DNA of 64,000 nucleotides, from positions 186,001 to 250,000 of the forward strand of contig JASTWF010000326.1 of the NCBI GenBank assembly GCA_030390025.1. The letters are read 5' to 3'. The stretch comes from Squalus acanthias. Its lineage: Eukaryota. Position 1 is the first letter of the stretch. Each line of letters starts with the position of its first letter. The translations under genes and the position numbers were made by a program. The notes beneath the pieces are model-generated. The model was not told where the DNA came from and searched no databases. It saw only the letters and a program-made list of their open reading frames with translations. This document shows positions 51,271 through 64,000 of this stretch, piece by piece.

Positions 51271-54179
51271 ATCATGCTTAACTCGAACCAAATTATAATC
51301 ATCCAGGGTAAAATAAAATGGTCATCTATGCAAAAATTTGTTGGAGCCGATCAATAATGCCCCTGGAACTAATATTGTCTAATTGGCTTCTTCTGGGACC
51401 AGAAACGAGCCAAAGTTATAGAGGAAAACAAGTATTACAATCATGAGTATTTCTTACCACCAATGACCCCCCTCATTATTTTTTGGGTACATGGCCCATT
51501 CACAGTTTTGCACATGCGTGAAATTTAACATTGGAAAAGCTGGTTTCGGGCTGCGCGGGACTGGCAGAAAGATGTGCGGCCACGCAGCTTAGAAAGAACA
51601 TTGCTTACCACGGTTTTTAATTCTTGGTACCTAGATTTGGGAGGGAAAATATCTTCCATTAAAATTACTCCCAATTTTGTGCTTACAAGGTTTAAAATAT
51701 AGAACTCTTTCAGCTCAGCTAATTATAAAACTTCCTCTTTCAGTATCATAAAAATGAAGTTAAAAGCTTAAGAACCCCAATATTATCAAATTAAGGTTCT
51801 TCATGCCTTTGACTATTTGTGCCCTTGCTGCAATGAATTTTTATGATACTAGTAAGTTCACCAAACACAAACCACCACCATATCTCCGAGACCAATTTAC
51901 GACTTTATATATTCTATTTTTAGTGCGGGGCATTTTACTATACTGGGAAAAGTGGGACAGAAATAATAAAAGGACCGCAATTCTATTACTATTCTTCTCA
52001 ATTCTATTACTATTCTTCGAAGTATCAGAGTTTCAACTGCTTCAATTCAGCTTCTCTCCGTCTGTACATTTAACGTCACATTACTACACGTCTTCCATGC
52101 AATTCTATTTACCATTCCAATCACATTCTCTGCTCCCTCCAGTTCAATTTCCGCACTAATCCCTGTACATGTGCACAAGATTTATGCTCCCAAGTACCTG
52201 GTCTACTTCAGCTCACTCATAACATGACAACTCTATCTCACACACAAAAGAACAAACTGCAAAATCTATTGGGCTGTCATCCCATCAGGTGCCATTGGTC
52301 CAAACAATATTGCTTTATCCGCAGTTCTGTTATGCCAAGTAGATATTAATGAGCATTCACTTTCTGTGAAGCATTTGTCCAAATACCTTTCAGTTTCGCA
52401 CCATTAAATGGCTTTAAACATTTTTAATCGGTTCCAAAACACATACGCCACACAAATTCAAATCTTCCATTCAATATTGTTCCAGCAATTGCACATCAGT
52501 TTCCAAACTATTTCTTAAAAGGGAGATTATTAAGTGAGTAAATTACATTGTACAATAATACCAACTGTCAAAATGGTAGTATCGTAGCAGATTTTCATGC
52601 TATTGTTTGTAATCTCCCTTCAGAGTTGATGTCCAAAGAACTTAAAAATTATGTTAATTTACTGCATTAGCAACACAGCAAAAAGACAGAAGCCGGCCTC
52701 ATTAAAAACCACTTGGAGATTGAAAAACTAGTCCTCTACTGATGATTCAAACAGGTCATAAAATTCCTAGCCACTTCTCTCACGACCAACAAAGAAAAAA
52801 AGTTAAATAAATAAAAATGCTGCCTCAACCGCTGAGCAACTCTGGGGAAACTCAATGCATAGCAATTGTTTTGTTGGTGAGAAATACTGAGATGTCACAA
52901 AGCACTGCAGGTCTGTGGCAGCAAGCAGTGACTTCGCTTATAGCACTGAACTTCCCATAGTGGTGCATGTCAACAGTCATCTAAATAGCTTGCCATTCAG
53001 CTGTCACATTTCAATTCCTTTATATTCCTACACAAAAAATTCTAATGCTGTGCAACCATTCATTTCATTTGACAAAAAAACATACTTTATGCTGCTGTGA
53101 CATACAATGTGACTTATACTCATGTTTTTCTAACTTGCTAGAAACCCCAAGATATAGCATTTTTTTTTTTAAATGGCTAAACCTCTTCACTCATCTCTAT
53201 TTTTAATAGGTCCCAAATCATGTACAGGACATAAAATCAATACCAGATTTTCATTTGATAAGATCATAGTTGCAGCATGTAAGCAGACAAGATGCATTAG
53301 CATTGCTCAGCAACTTGGAGCCAGCTGGAAGTAGAGGGACAGAGTACTGGAGGTGAACCACAAGGTCAAAACACCCATCCAGAAATTACAAGGGGCTGAA
53401 GCGTAGGTCTTTTAAAAACACTGATTATTTATCTGCAGAAAGAGTCTTCATTCTTTCAAATTACATAATGTCAGCATGGTCAATGCTGAACAAACTCAGT
53501 TCTCCCTCTAGTGTCTGGATGTATACCACATCCCTCCCTTCCAACAAGTTAGACTGACCACACATCATTTGAAAAAAGTAACTAAACCTTTCAAAACATA
53601 CTTAACAAACGTGTAAACACAACAGTCCTTCAGCAATTGGAGGGTGGGGGAGCGACTCTTTGTGAAAACGGAGATGGTAAGTAGGCGATGCATAATTTGG
53701 GATCAAAGCACTAAAGTCAAGATATGTTCGGTCTGCACGTTAAGATTTCAGCAATACCATTACTATTTTTTTGAGGAAAAAATGCATTCCTGGTCATTAG
53801 TGGCAACCTATGAGCAATGACAGTGGAACCAAGTTTGTGAATCACCCAACGAATGGTTAGTTTTCCTCACTTGTTATTTCACACTGGGATATGGTCACCA
53901 ACTTAGAAAATGTTGTATACTCCTTCATTTTTGTTTTAGCATTGCCATCTTTCTTCAGTGTTATTATTTCACTTGGGAGGTGATAGAATGGGGCACAGTG
54001 ATTCTCAATTTGCCATGTTATTGCAGGTGCTTCACCTGTGGTGGAGTGAGGTGTGCCAAGGCAGTTACATGGGGGTGCCCAAAGTTATCGCAGTTTAGGT
54101 AATCGTTTCAACTGAGCTAGCTGGACACACATCTTGATGGCTTTCGATCGTCTTTAAGCTATGGTGTTGGCAACAATAA

Positions 54180-55130
54180 CCTGCATTAACATAACACCTT
54201 TAACGTAGTAACTCATCCCAAAGTTGCTTCACAGAAGCTCAAACAAAATTTGATTGGCCACCAAAGGAGAAGACATTAGGGCAGTTACCAAAAGATTGGA
54301 CCAAGAGGTAGGTTTTAAGGAGTGTCTTAAAGGAGCAGAGAGGTGGAGAGGTTTAGAATGGGAATTCCAGGGCTTAGGGCCTAGACAGCAGAAGGCGCGG
54401 CTGTCAATGGTGGGGCTGAAGAAATGGGGGATGCAAAAAGCCCAGAGTTGGAGGAATGCAGAGTTAAAAGACAGAAAGACTTGCATTTATATAGCGCCTT
54501 TCATGACTTCAGGACGTCCCAAAGCGCTTGACAGTCCATTAATTACTTTTGAAGCGTAGTCACTGTTGTAGGAAACGCAGCAGCCAATTTGTGCAAATTC
54601 TTGGAGAGTTGTAGGGCTGGAGGAGGTTCCAGAAATAGTGAAGTGCAATGCCATGGAGGTATTTGAATACGAGGATGAGAATATTAAAATCAAGGCATTG
54701 GTGGACCGGGAGCCAATGTAAGTCAGCGAACACAGGGGTGATGGGTCAATGAGATTTGGTGCAAGTTAGGATAATGGGCAGTAGAGTTTTGGATGAGCTC
54801 AAGTTTATGGACGGTGGAAGATGGTAGGCCAGCCAGGAGAGCATTGGAATAGTCGAGTCTGGAGGAAACAAAAACATGGATGAGGGTTTCAGGAGCAGAT
54901 GGGTTGAGGCAAGGGCAGAGATGGAGGTAAGTGAGCAGTCTTTGTGGAAGGAGGTGGCTCCTCCAAGACTGGATGTCAGAGAAGCAGTCTGACAACAGAG
55001 ACAGTGGAAGGGTTGACAGAGGTGGTTGTGAGATGGAGCTGGGTTTCGTCAGTGTACGTGTTGAACTTGACATTGTGCCTTTCGATGAGGTCACTTAGAA
55101 GCAGCACGTCGATGAGAAATAGGCCATTAT
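54180..55130 (-). mobile_element. L2 LINE 3' part, containing a SINE tail fragment at ~54470-54597
   Basis: YTDETQLHL, LIHVFVSSRLDYSNALLAGLP, LELIQN are L2 RT/C-terminal motifs. Confidence 0.85.
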
Positions 55131-55220
55131 GGTGCGATTCGATGGTGGTGCAATCCAAAGCAGCTTAAAAGGAACATTGCCCATCAATTGTGAACTCTGG
55201 AGATCAAGAATAGAGATCTG

Positions 55221-55933
55221 GGCCTGGAGTTTCGGCTAGGTTGCACTGGTAAGTTCAGTGCAATTCACCCAAATTCGGCCAAACCAGTTCAAACGATCGA
55301 GGAATTTCAAGCGCAAATTACGTCCGACACAAATCGAGTTTCCGCGATCTTTTGCACTACGTTAAAAAAGAGCGCTGGAAGACGGCACCGCCCAAAAAAC
55401 TAGCCGTTACCCCAGATCCAATTAATCACCATGGCAAGTTTCCAATGTTGCGCCCATTTGCGGGCCTTCGAAGAGGCTCTTAAAATTAAGCTTTCCTTTT
55501 AAAAAGCGCAGGGGCGCCAATAGGCATCTTGTAAAAGATTTTAATTTAAAAATTTTTTTTACTAAGAAACTGAATACTGTACACCGTATGTAGCTAGTAA
55601 ATTCTGTATCTTTTTGTAGTCATTTTTAGTTATTTTAAATCTTGTTACTCAGATAGTTAATTAGACACTTATCAAAAATTATTTGTGATAAACCCATTTT
55701 CAGCTGTATTAATTAAACTGCACCAGGTTACCACTCCTAAACACATGAATATTTTTTAATGCAAACTTTTTCTCAAAAATTTGTAAAATGCTGCCGGTTG
55801 CATCAAAGATTTTACACTTGTCGATATGCAAATAAGTTTGAGTGGAAACTTGAGCAAAAACTGCAAACTAGCGCAATTTGAGCGCAATTTGCTCCCAGAT
55901 CGCTGATTAGGCCAAACGCAGAAACTTTTGGCC
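55221..55933 (+). mobile_element. Harbinger-like non-autonomous element (family B, copy 2), TSD CTG
   Basis: TIRs GGCCTGGAGTTTC / GAAACTTTTGGCC, CTG on both flanks; shares CACAAATCGAGTTTCCGCGATCTTTTG and TTGCGGGCCTTCGA with copy 1. Confidence 0.87.
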
Positions 55934-56131
55934 CTGGTGTCTGACTATAAAGCCTCTGAATTTTGGGCTGAAAAATGTTGCCTCAATGTCGAATATAATG
56001 GCACTAACCACTGTTAATTCAATTATTTTAAACTGCTGGAAAATCAAGATAAATCATTGCCCAGAACTAAGAGATAGGGATAGACTTTAACCTTCACTAC
56101 CGGGCAGAAAACTGGCGGTAGAGGATTGATT

Positions 56132-58680
56132 ACATAGAATATACGGTACAACCAGTCCATTTATGCTCCACACGAGCCTCCTCCCATCTTTCCTCATCTA
56201 AATCTATCAGTATAACCCTCCATTCCCTTCTCCCTCATATGCTTGTCTAGGCTCCCATTAAATACATCTATACTTTTCGCTTCAACCACTCCCTGTGCGA
56301 GTTCCACATTCTCACCACTCTTTGGGTAAAGAAGTTTCTTCTGAATTCCCTATTGGATTTCTTGGTGACTATCTTATATTGATGGCCTCTAGTTATGCTC
56401 TTCCCCACAAGTGGAAATATTCTCTCTGTATCCACTCTATCAAAACCTTTCATAATTTTAAAGACCTCTATTAGGTCACCCCTCAGCCTTCTTTTTTCGA
56501 GAGAAAAGAGACCCAGCCTGTTCATCCTTTCCTGATATGTATACCCTTCATTTCTGGTATTGTGCTTTTAAATTGTCTCTGCACCCTCTCCATTGCCTCT
56601 ATATCCTTTTTATAATATGACGACCAGAACTGTACGCAGTACTCCAAGTGTGGTCTAACCAAGGTTCGATACAGGTTTAGCATAATTTCATTACTTTTCA
56701 ATTCTATACCTCTAGAAACAAACCCTAGTGCTGGGTTTGCTTTTTTTATGGCCTTGCTAACCTGTGGCGCAACCTTTAGTGATTTGTACTCCTAGATCTC
56801 TTTGTTCCTCTACCTCACCTAAACTCGCACCCTCCAAGTAATAAGTGATCTCCCTATTCTTCCTACCAAAATGTAATACCTCACATTTATCTGTGTTGAA
56901 CTTAATTTGCCAATGATATGCCCATTCTGCAAGTTTATTAATGTCCTCCTGTAATTTGTTGCAGTCCTCCTCAGTATTGACTGTTCCCCGCCCCCCCCCC
57001 CACAATATAGTGTCATCCGCAAATTTAGAAATTGTGTTTTTCATTCCAAAGTCTAAATCGTTAATATAAATTGTGAACAACAGTGGTCCAAGCACTGATC
57101 CTTGTGGAACACTACTACCCACCCTCTGCCACTAATAGCTACCTTTTACACATACTCTCTGCTTTCTGCCTTGAAGCCACCTTGCTATCCATTCTGCTAC
57201 TTGTCCCCTGACTTTGCATTCTCTGACCTTGTTCATCAGTCTATTATGGGGTACCTTATCGAACGCCTTTTGAAAATCTAGATATATTACATCTACTGCA
57301 TTACCACTGTCTACTCTCTGTTACCTCTTCAAAAAATTCAATGAGGTTGGTCAAGCAAGACTTTCCCTTTTGAAATCCATGCTGACTATTCATTACTATG
57401 TTTTTGGTTTCTAGATGTTCTTCTATTTTCTCCTTTAGTAGGGATTCCATTATTTTTCCTACCACCGATGTTAAGCTGGCTGGTCTATAATTCCCTGGAC
57501 ATGTTCTATCCCCCTTCTTGAATATAGGTATTACGTTAGCTATCCGCCAGTCCTCTGGCACTACACCTTTTTCTAACGAATTATTAAATATGTGTAATAA
57601 TGCCTCTGCTTTCTCTTCCCTAGATTCTTTTAAAATGCGTGGATGCAATCCATCCAGACCGTGGGGTTTTATTCTCTGAGTTTTATTAGTTTATTTAATA
57701 TATCCCCTCTCTTTATTTTAAATGCACTTATCTCATGACTAATCTCATCATCCAATGTCATGTCCACCTGTTCTATCTCCCTGGTAAATACTAAAGCAAA
57801 ATAATTTTTTAATATTTCTGCCATCTATCTATCCGTTACCCGTGGTATTATCCTATCTATCCCTTAATGGCCCTATTCCCATCCCAACCTTCCTTCTTTT
57901 ATTGATATGCCTGTAAAATATTTTACTATTTTGTTTTATGTTCTTTGATAATTTAATTTCATAGCTCTTCTTTGTCTTACTAACTTTTTTTTTTGATTTC
58001 TCTCCTAATCTCTTCGTATTCCCCCTTATCATGCACTCCCCTGCTGTCTATGTACTTAATATATGCCTCTTTCCTTACCCTCAATTGTTCCCTTATGGTT
58101 TTATTCATCTATGGAGTCTCATTCGTGTTTAGTTTGTTCTTTCCTTTTAGCAGAACATATTTTTCCTGCACTCTGTTGAACATCATTTTAAATGTCTCCC
58201 ATTGCTGTTCTACATCGTTGTTTGCCAATATTGTTGCCCATTTTATTTGCCCAAGTTCTATTCTCATCCCCTCAAAATCAGATTTTCTCCAATTTATTAA
58301 CTTGGTTTTCATCCTTCTCAATTATCACATATGCCAATTTGCATATGGCTCGGGCAATAATCCAGAGATTATTACCCTCGAGGTCCTGCTTTTTAATTTA
58401 GAGCCTAACTCCTCATACTCTTCAGCAGGACCTCCTCCCTGTTCCTACCTAGGTCATTTGTTCCAACATGGACCACGACAACTGGATTTACCCCCTTCCT
58501 TTTCAAGTTCCTCTCCAGCTGCCGTGAGATATCCCATACCCTGGTAGGCAACACACCCTTCGGGATTCTCGTTCTTGGCTGCAGAGGATGGTATCTATCC
58601 CCTAATTATAGAGTCCCCCATCACTACCACATTTCTATTCTGCTCTTCCCCCCCTCGGACAGCCTTCTGAGCCATGGTGC
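56132..58680 (-). mobile_element. CR1 LINE, internally deleted (ORF1 esterase piece joined to mid-ORF2)
   Basis: VVHVGTNDL at ~58475; QHGFQKGKSCLTNL; PQGSVLGP; KFADD; RGDLIEVFK. Confidence 0.92.
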
Positions 58681-59384
58681 AATGGTCTGCATGGATTGCC
58701 AATTGTACAACCCACTCAATTTAGGTAAATGGCTAGTGGTGCTGTCTTCTGTTCAACAGTTCTTACCCAACAGCGGACACATTTTTTCTATCTTATTGTC
58801 CATTGCATGAAAACCAAACTGGTACTAAGCAGAGCTATGGTTTTGACTATTCCTTGAACACCAATGTGGGTGGCATATATTTCTCCAACCTATAATTCCA
58901 TTGAGATGACTGTACACTCACCACATAGAATGATATCTTCCTCGGTGACAGTTCACATTAAACCAGACACACCTACTGGTGGTCAGCCTTGAACTTGCAT
59001 ATGGCTGACTACAGTGCAAGATCTATCTCTGTTTTTTGTTTGTTATCAGCTGACGTGATTGTAGCACAGCATTCTACACTAGGAACAATGTTAATTAATT
59101 CCTTAGTTCTGTCTGAATGTTGATATGTCCTTCGCACCAACAGACGAGACAGGGCAATAACTAATAATGTCATAGGATGGGGATTTTTAACAACCAGCTC
59201 TAGATCCTAGAAGACAAAAAGAATACAGCTTCGAGAATATGGGGATCACAAACTTGTAAACTGTAAACATGTAAATGGTCAACCATGCGCGTATAGGTGG
59301 AATCACAGAATGGCCTGTATATTTAACAATGCTTCACACTGAATCTGACTGTTGCATAACTCCTTGGAATTCAGTGAACAACTG

Positions 59385-62064
59385 TAGGGCAGAGTATAAA
59401 TCAGGAAATTAGAGGCGCATGTAACAAGGGTAATACAATAATCATGGGGGACTTTAATCTACATATAGACTGGGCAAACCAAATTGCAGTAATAGTGTGG
59501 AGGACGAATTCATGGAATGTATGCAAGATAGTTTTCTAGATCAGTATGTTGAGGAACCAACTAGGGAACAGGCTATTTTAGATCTAGTATTGTGCAATGA
59601 GAAAGGGTTAATTAATAACCTTGTAGTAAAGGGGCCTTTAGGGAAGAGTGACCATAATATGATAGAATTTTATATTGAGTTTGAAAGTGATTTAGTTAAA
59701 TCCGAAACTAGGGTCTTAAATCTTAATAACCAAACTACATAGGTATGAGGGGCAAGTTGGCTAAGGTAGATAGGGAAACTACATTAAAAGGTATGATGGT
59801 AGACAGGCAATATACATTCCTTTAAAGGCACAAAAAATCCACAGGAAAAGTGGTCCAACCATGGCGAACAAGAGAAGTGAAAGATAGTATTAGATCAAAG
59901 GAAGAAGCTTATAATGTTGCCAAAGAGTAGGAAGCGTGAGGATTAGAGAATTCAGCAAAGGAGGGCCAAGAAATTGACAAAGAAAGGGAAAATAGAATGA
60001 GAGTAAACTAGCAAGAGACATAAAAACAGACTGTAAAAGCTTCTATAGGTATGTAAAAAGGAAAAGATTAGCAAAAGTAAATGTGGGTCCCTTACAGGCT
60101 GAGACAGGAGAAATTATAATGGGGAATAAGGAAATGGCAGAGAAATTAAACAAATACTTTGGGGGCGATTTTGCCAGCCCTGGCGAGGCAGGTTTGGAGG
60201 CAGAACTGCCGGAAAAATGGCAGAATCTGGGGGCGGGTACCCATCCCGCCCCCAACCCACCTCTGTGCCATCTTCCCAGGAGCAAGGTACCCGACCCGCA
60301 CCGGGTCCCATCTCCTGGAGGCGGGAAGGGGATTACAGCCACTTAACCGCCTGTTAACAGGCAGTTAAGAGGATTATCCCCATTTTTCCAGCTGAGGTGC
60401 GGGCTTCCAGACGTCGGGAAACCCCGCCAGGGTCAGCGAGGCGAGCAGTGGGTCTGTGGAGGCCGGACGGGTCCAAAAGTGCGCTGTGGAGGTGAGTGAT
60501 GGGTGCAAGTGTGGAGAGGCAAGTATGTGAGGTGAGTGAAAAGTGATCGAAAAAGTTTCCTTACCTTTGTTTATTCCTGCAGGCTTCAATCGTTGGGGAT
60601 CCGAAGGCTCTGGCATCTCAATGGCAGAGATGACAGAATGGCTGCTGCATTCTCTGATGCAACAGCCATCTGCTCACAAAAGAGGTTTGATGAGTCTTGA
60701 GTACAAGAACTCACCAAACAACAGAGAATGTCAGTGTTTGACAGCTTCTCAGTGACTAAAACCCGACAAGCAGTAGTCCTGCCTCCAATGCGTCCCCATT
60801 GGCAAAATCATCCCCTTTGAGTCTGTCTTCACGGAAGACGACGCAAAAAACTTCCTGGAAATAGTGGAGAACAAAGGGATGTGGTGTATCTATTTTTCAG
60901 AAGGCATTCGATAAGATGCCACACAAGAGGTTATTAAACAAAATTAGGGCTCATGGGATTGGGGGTAATATACTAGCACGGACAGAAAAGAGAGAGTAGG
61001 AATAAAAAGGGTCATTATCGGGTTGGCAGGCTGTAACTAGTGGGGTACCGCAAGGATCAGTGCTTGGGCCTCAGCTATTCACAATCTACATCAATGATTT
61101 GGATGAGGGGACCAAATGTAATATATCCAAGTTTGCTGATGATACAAAGCTGGGTGGGAATGTAAGCTGTGAGGAGGATGCAAAGAGGCTTCAAGGGGAT
61201 ATAGACAGGCTAAGTGAGTGGGAAAGAACATGGCAAATGGAATATAATGTGGAGAAATGTGAAGTTATCCACTTTGGTAGGAAAAATAGAAAAGCAGAGT
61301 ATTTTTTAAATGGAGAGAGATTGGGAAATGTTGGTGTTCAGAGGGACCTGGGTGTCCTTGTACACGAATCACTAAAAGTTAACATGCAGGTACAGCAAGT
61401 AATTAGGAAAGCAAATGGTATGTTGGCCTTTATTACAAGAGGATTTGTGTATAAGAGTAAAGACGTCTTACTGCAATTTTATAGGGCCCTGGTGAGACTG
61501 CACCTGGAGTACTGTGCACAGTTTTGGTCGTCTTACCTAAGGAAGGATATGCTTGCCATAGAGGGAGTGCAACAAAGGTTCACCAGACTGGTTCCTGGGA
61601 TGGGGGGATTGTCCTATGAGGAGAGATTGAGTCGACTAGGCCTATATTCTCTAGAGTTTAGAAGAATGAGAGGTGATCTCATTGAAACATACAAAATTCT
61701 TACAGGGCTCAACAGGGTAGATGTAGGGAGGATGTTTCCCCTGGCTGGGCAGTCTAGAACCAGGGGTCACAGTTTCAGAATAAGGGGTCGGCCATTTAGG
61801 ACTGAGATGAGGAGAAATTTCTTCACTCAGAGGGTGGTGAATCTTTGGAATTCTCTACCCCAGAGGGCTGTGGAGGCTTAGTCGTTGAGTATATTCAAGA
61901 CAGAGATCGATAGATTTTTCAATATTAAAGGGAATCAAAGGAAATGGGGATAGTGCAGGAAAGTGGAGATGAGGTACAAGATCAGCCATGATCTTATTGA
62001 ATGGCGGAGTAGGCTCGAAGGGCCAAATGGCTGACTCCTGCTCCTATTTCTTATGTTCTTATGT
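59385..62064 (+). mobile_element. CR1 LINE (5'-truncated, internal deletion at ~60878) hosting a MITE
   Basis: IMGDFN; 273-aa RT ORF 61060-61881 with KFADD; tail TTCTTATGTTCTTATG. Confidence 0.94.
60161..60815 (+). mobile_element. Harbinger-like non-autonomous element (family A, copy 2), TSD TTT
   Basis: TIRs GGGGGCGATTTTGCCA / TGGCAAAATCATCCCC; TTT on both flanks; removal restores CR1 NKYF.SVFT. Confidence 0.9.
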
Positions 62065-62384
62065 AACTGGCATATATAATACATCAAGTTGTAAATATCA
62101 TCTCTTTTTTTAAGTTTGGCTCCTAAGCCCACAGAAGTGGCATCAGCATAGATCTTTTTGTCTATTCATATCAATTTAAATCACTGTGACGAGATAGCGA
62201 TTGCTTGATCTTAAGTAAGATATTATGCTCATCTTCCACTTGAAGATGCAACCTTTCATTGTTAGTGCTTCCAATGGTTCTATAACTGAAGACAAGGAGC
62301 ATAAAATGGGAACAAGAAGTAACCATATCTAAACGATTGTAGACTACTTATGCATTACTTGATGTTCTGACATTGTGGATTGCA

Positions 62385-63223
62385 TTGACTTTAAGTGAAT
62401 GGGCAAAACTGTGGCAAATGAATTTCAATGTAAGCAAATGTGAGGTCATCCACTTTAGACCTAAAAAGGATAGAACAGGGTACATTCTAAATGATGAAAA
62501 GCTAAAAACAGTGGAGGTCCAAAGAGACTTGGAGGTCCAAGTACATAGACCATTAAAATGTCATGAACAAAATAATCAAAAAGGCTAATGGAATGCTGGC
62601 CTTTATATCTAGAGGACTAGAATACAAGGGGGTATAAGTTATGCTGCAGCTATACAAAGCTCTGGTTAGACCACACCTGGAATACTGTGAGCAGTTCTGG
62701 GCACCACAGCTTAGGAAGGATATATTGGCTATGGCAGGAGTGCAGCGTAGGTTTACCAGAATTATACCTGGATTTAAGGGTTAAATTATGAGGAGAGATT
62801 ACACAAACTACGGTCATATTCCCTGGAATTTCGAAGGTTAAGGGGTGATTTGATCGAAGTTTTCAAGATATTAAAGGGAACAGATAGGGTAGATAGAGAG
62901 AAACTAGTTCCGCTGGTTGGGGATTCTCTGACTACGGGGCATAGTCTAAAAATTAGAGCCAGACCTTTCAGGAGTGAAATTAGGAAACACTTCTACACAC
63001 AAAGTGTGGTAGAAGTTAGGAACTCTCTTCCGCAAACAACAATTGATGTTAGATCAATTGTTAATTTTAAATCTGAAATTGATAAGTTTTTGTTAACCAA
63101 AGGTATTAAGGGATATGGGGCAAAGGCGGGTATATGGAGTTATGTTGCAGATCAGCCATGATCTCATTGAATGGCGGAACAGGCTCGAGGGGATAAATGG
63201 CCTACTGCTCCCATGTTCCTATG
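62385..63223 (+). mobile_element. CR1 3' fragment
   Basis: WQMNFNVSKCEVIHF, LVRPHLEYC, RGDLIEVFK; CR1 3' UTR. Confidence 0.92.
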
Positions 63224-64000
63224 ACCTTTTCCTTACTTTGTGAAGCCTAGACCAAAATGTTCTAGATGTCGCTTACCAAATTCACACTTCTTGTGTGCGA
63301 GTATAAGACCATTTTCTTGTAGTCTATTATCAAGGCACGTACTCTACTTGATTGGATTAATGTATCACAATAACATTACTTATGTTGGAGACTCCTGGAA
63401 TTCTTTCAATAACTTGTCAGACATTACTTTAAAATACTCCTACTGCTGAAGATATACCAAAAGTTAGCTTTTTGTATTGCTTCAGATCAACATGTGTTCC
63501 AAATATTTTAATATAGTGGCTCTTCTCATGGAGTTCTTGCTTGTGATACCAGATTTAAAGTCCAGCTTCAAGAAAACACCCGACTAGTTTTGTTCTGCAA
63601 CAATCTCATTCCCGGTGGGAAAGAGAGAAGTGTCATATTATTCACATTTACTTACTTTGTTTGTTCTAGGCATATTAACACAGTCATATTAAGATTACTG
63701 GGTATGGGGCCAATTACTAGAAGCAAGATCCAAGAGGAGGCACCACCTGCATCTTAAATTATACCACGATATTCCAACTCTTATCTTTGTCATAAGTCAT
63801 TTGCTAACTTACAATGACTGAGCAACAAAAGCTATCAATGTGCCTGCATGCTCTTCAGCTTGACTATACCATAAAATATGACTGAATACACTGCAAATAA
63901 CAACAATATTGGTACATTGATGCCACATAATGCTGAAGGTAGAATAATGAGGTAGTGGTGCTTGAGCTACACATAGGCCAAATAGAACACGTAGCTGAGG

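Noticed and set aside
58700..59200. Possible very old RTE-like remnant on the minus strand
   Set aside because: Motif similarity too faint to support by eye.
61060..61881. RT ORFs as a retron, DGR, group II intron or defence RT
   Set aside because: Embedded in CR1 ORF2 with APE and a CR1 3' UTR; vertebrate context.
4560..63223. Recurrent GATCAGCCATGAT...GAATGGCCTACTCCTGCTCC motif as a CRISPR repeat or ncRNA family
   Set aside because: It is the dispersed CR1 3' UTR, with no regular spacing.

Overview
Eukaryotic, repeat-dense, AT-rich vertebrate DNA. The repeat complement (many CR1 LINEs with zinc-finger/esterase ORF1, HE1/V-SINEs, SacSINE1/Deu-domain-like SINEs) points to a cartilaginous fish (shark); this is inference from repeat recognition. 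I find no intact protein-coding gene. Every long ORF in the track is a broken fragment of a retroelement, or the antisense of one. Contents: 11 CR1 copies, 2 copies of a second CR1/L2-group LINE, 2 L2 remnants, an RTE 3' end, a decayed Gypsy internal region, an 885-bp solo LTR, decayed PIF/Harbinger transposase and Myb/SANT genes, and 5 TIR-bounded non-autonomous Harbinger-like elements with 3-bp TSDs. Several insertions are nested. The most notable observations are a Harbinger-like MITE family that retains a ~91-nt GT-AG intron in both copies, non-TWA 3-bp TSDs, a SINE carrying a swapped CR1 tail, and a candidate 25-nt minus-strand exon of an unidentified host gene. I cannot support a novel biological system here. 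All family assignments were made by eye, with no database search. Boundaries are approximate except where TIRs/TSDs are quoted.
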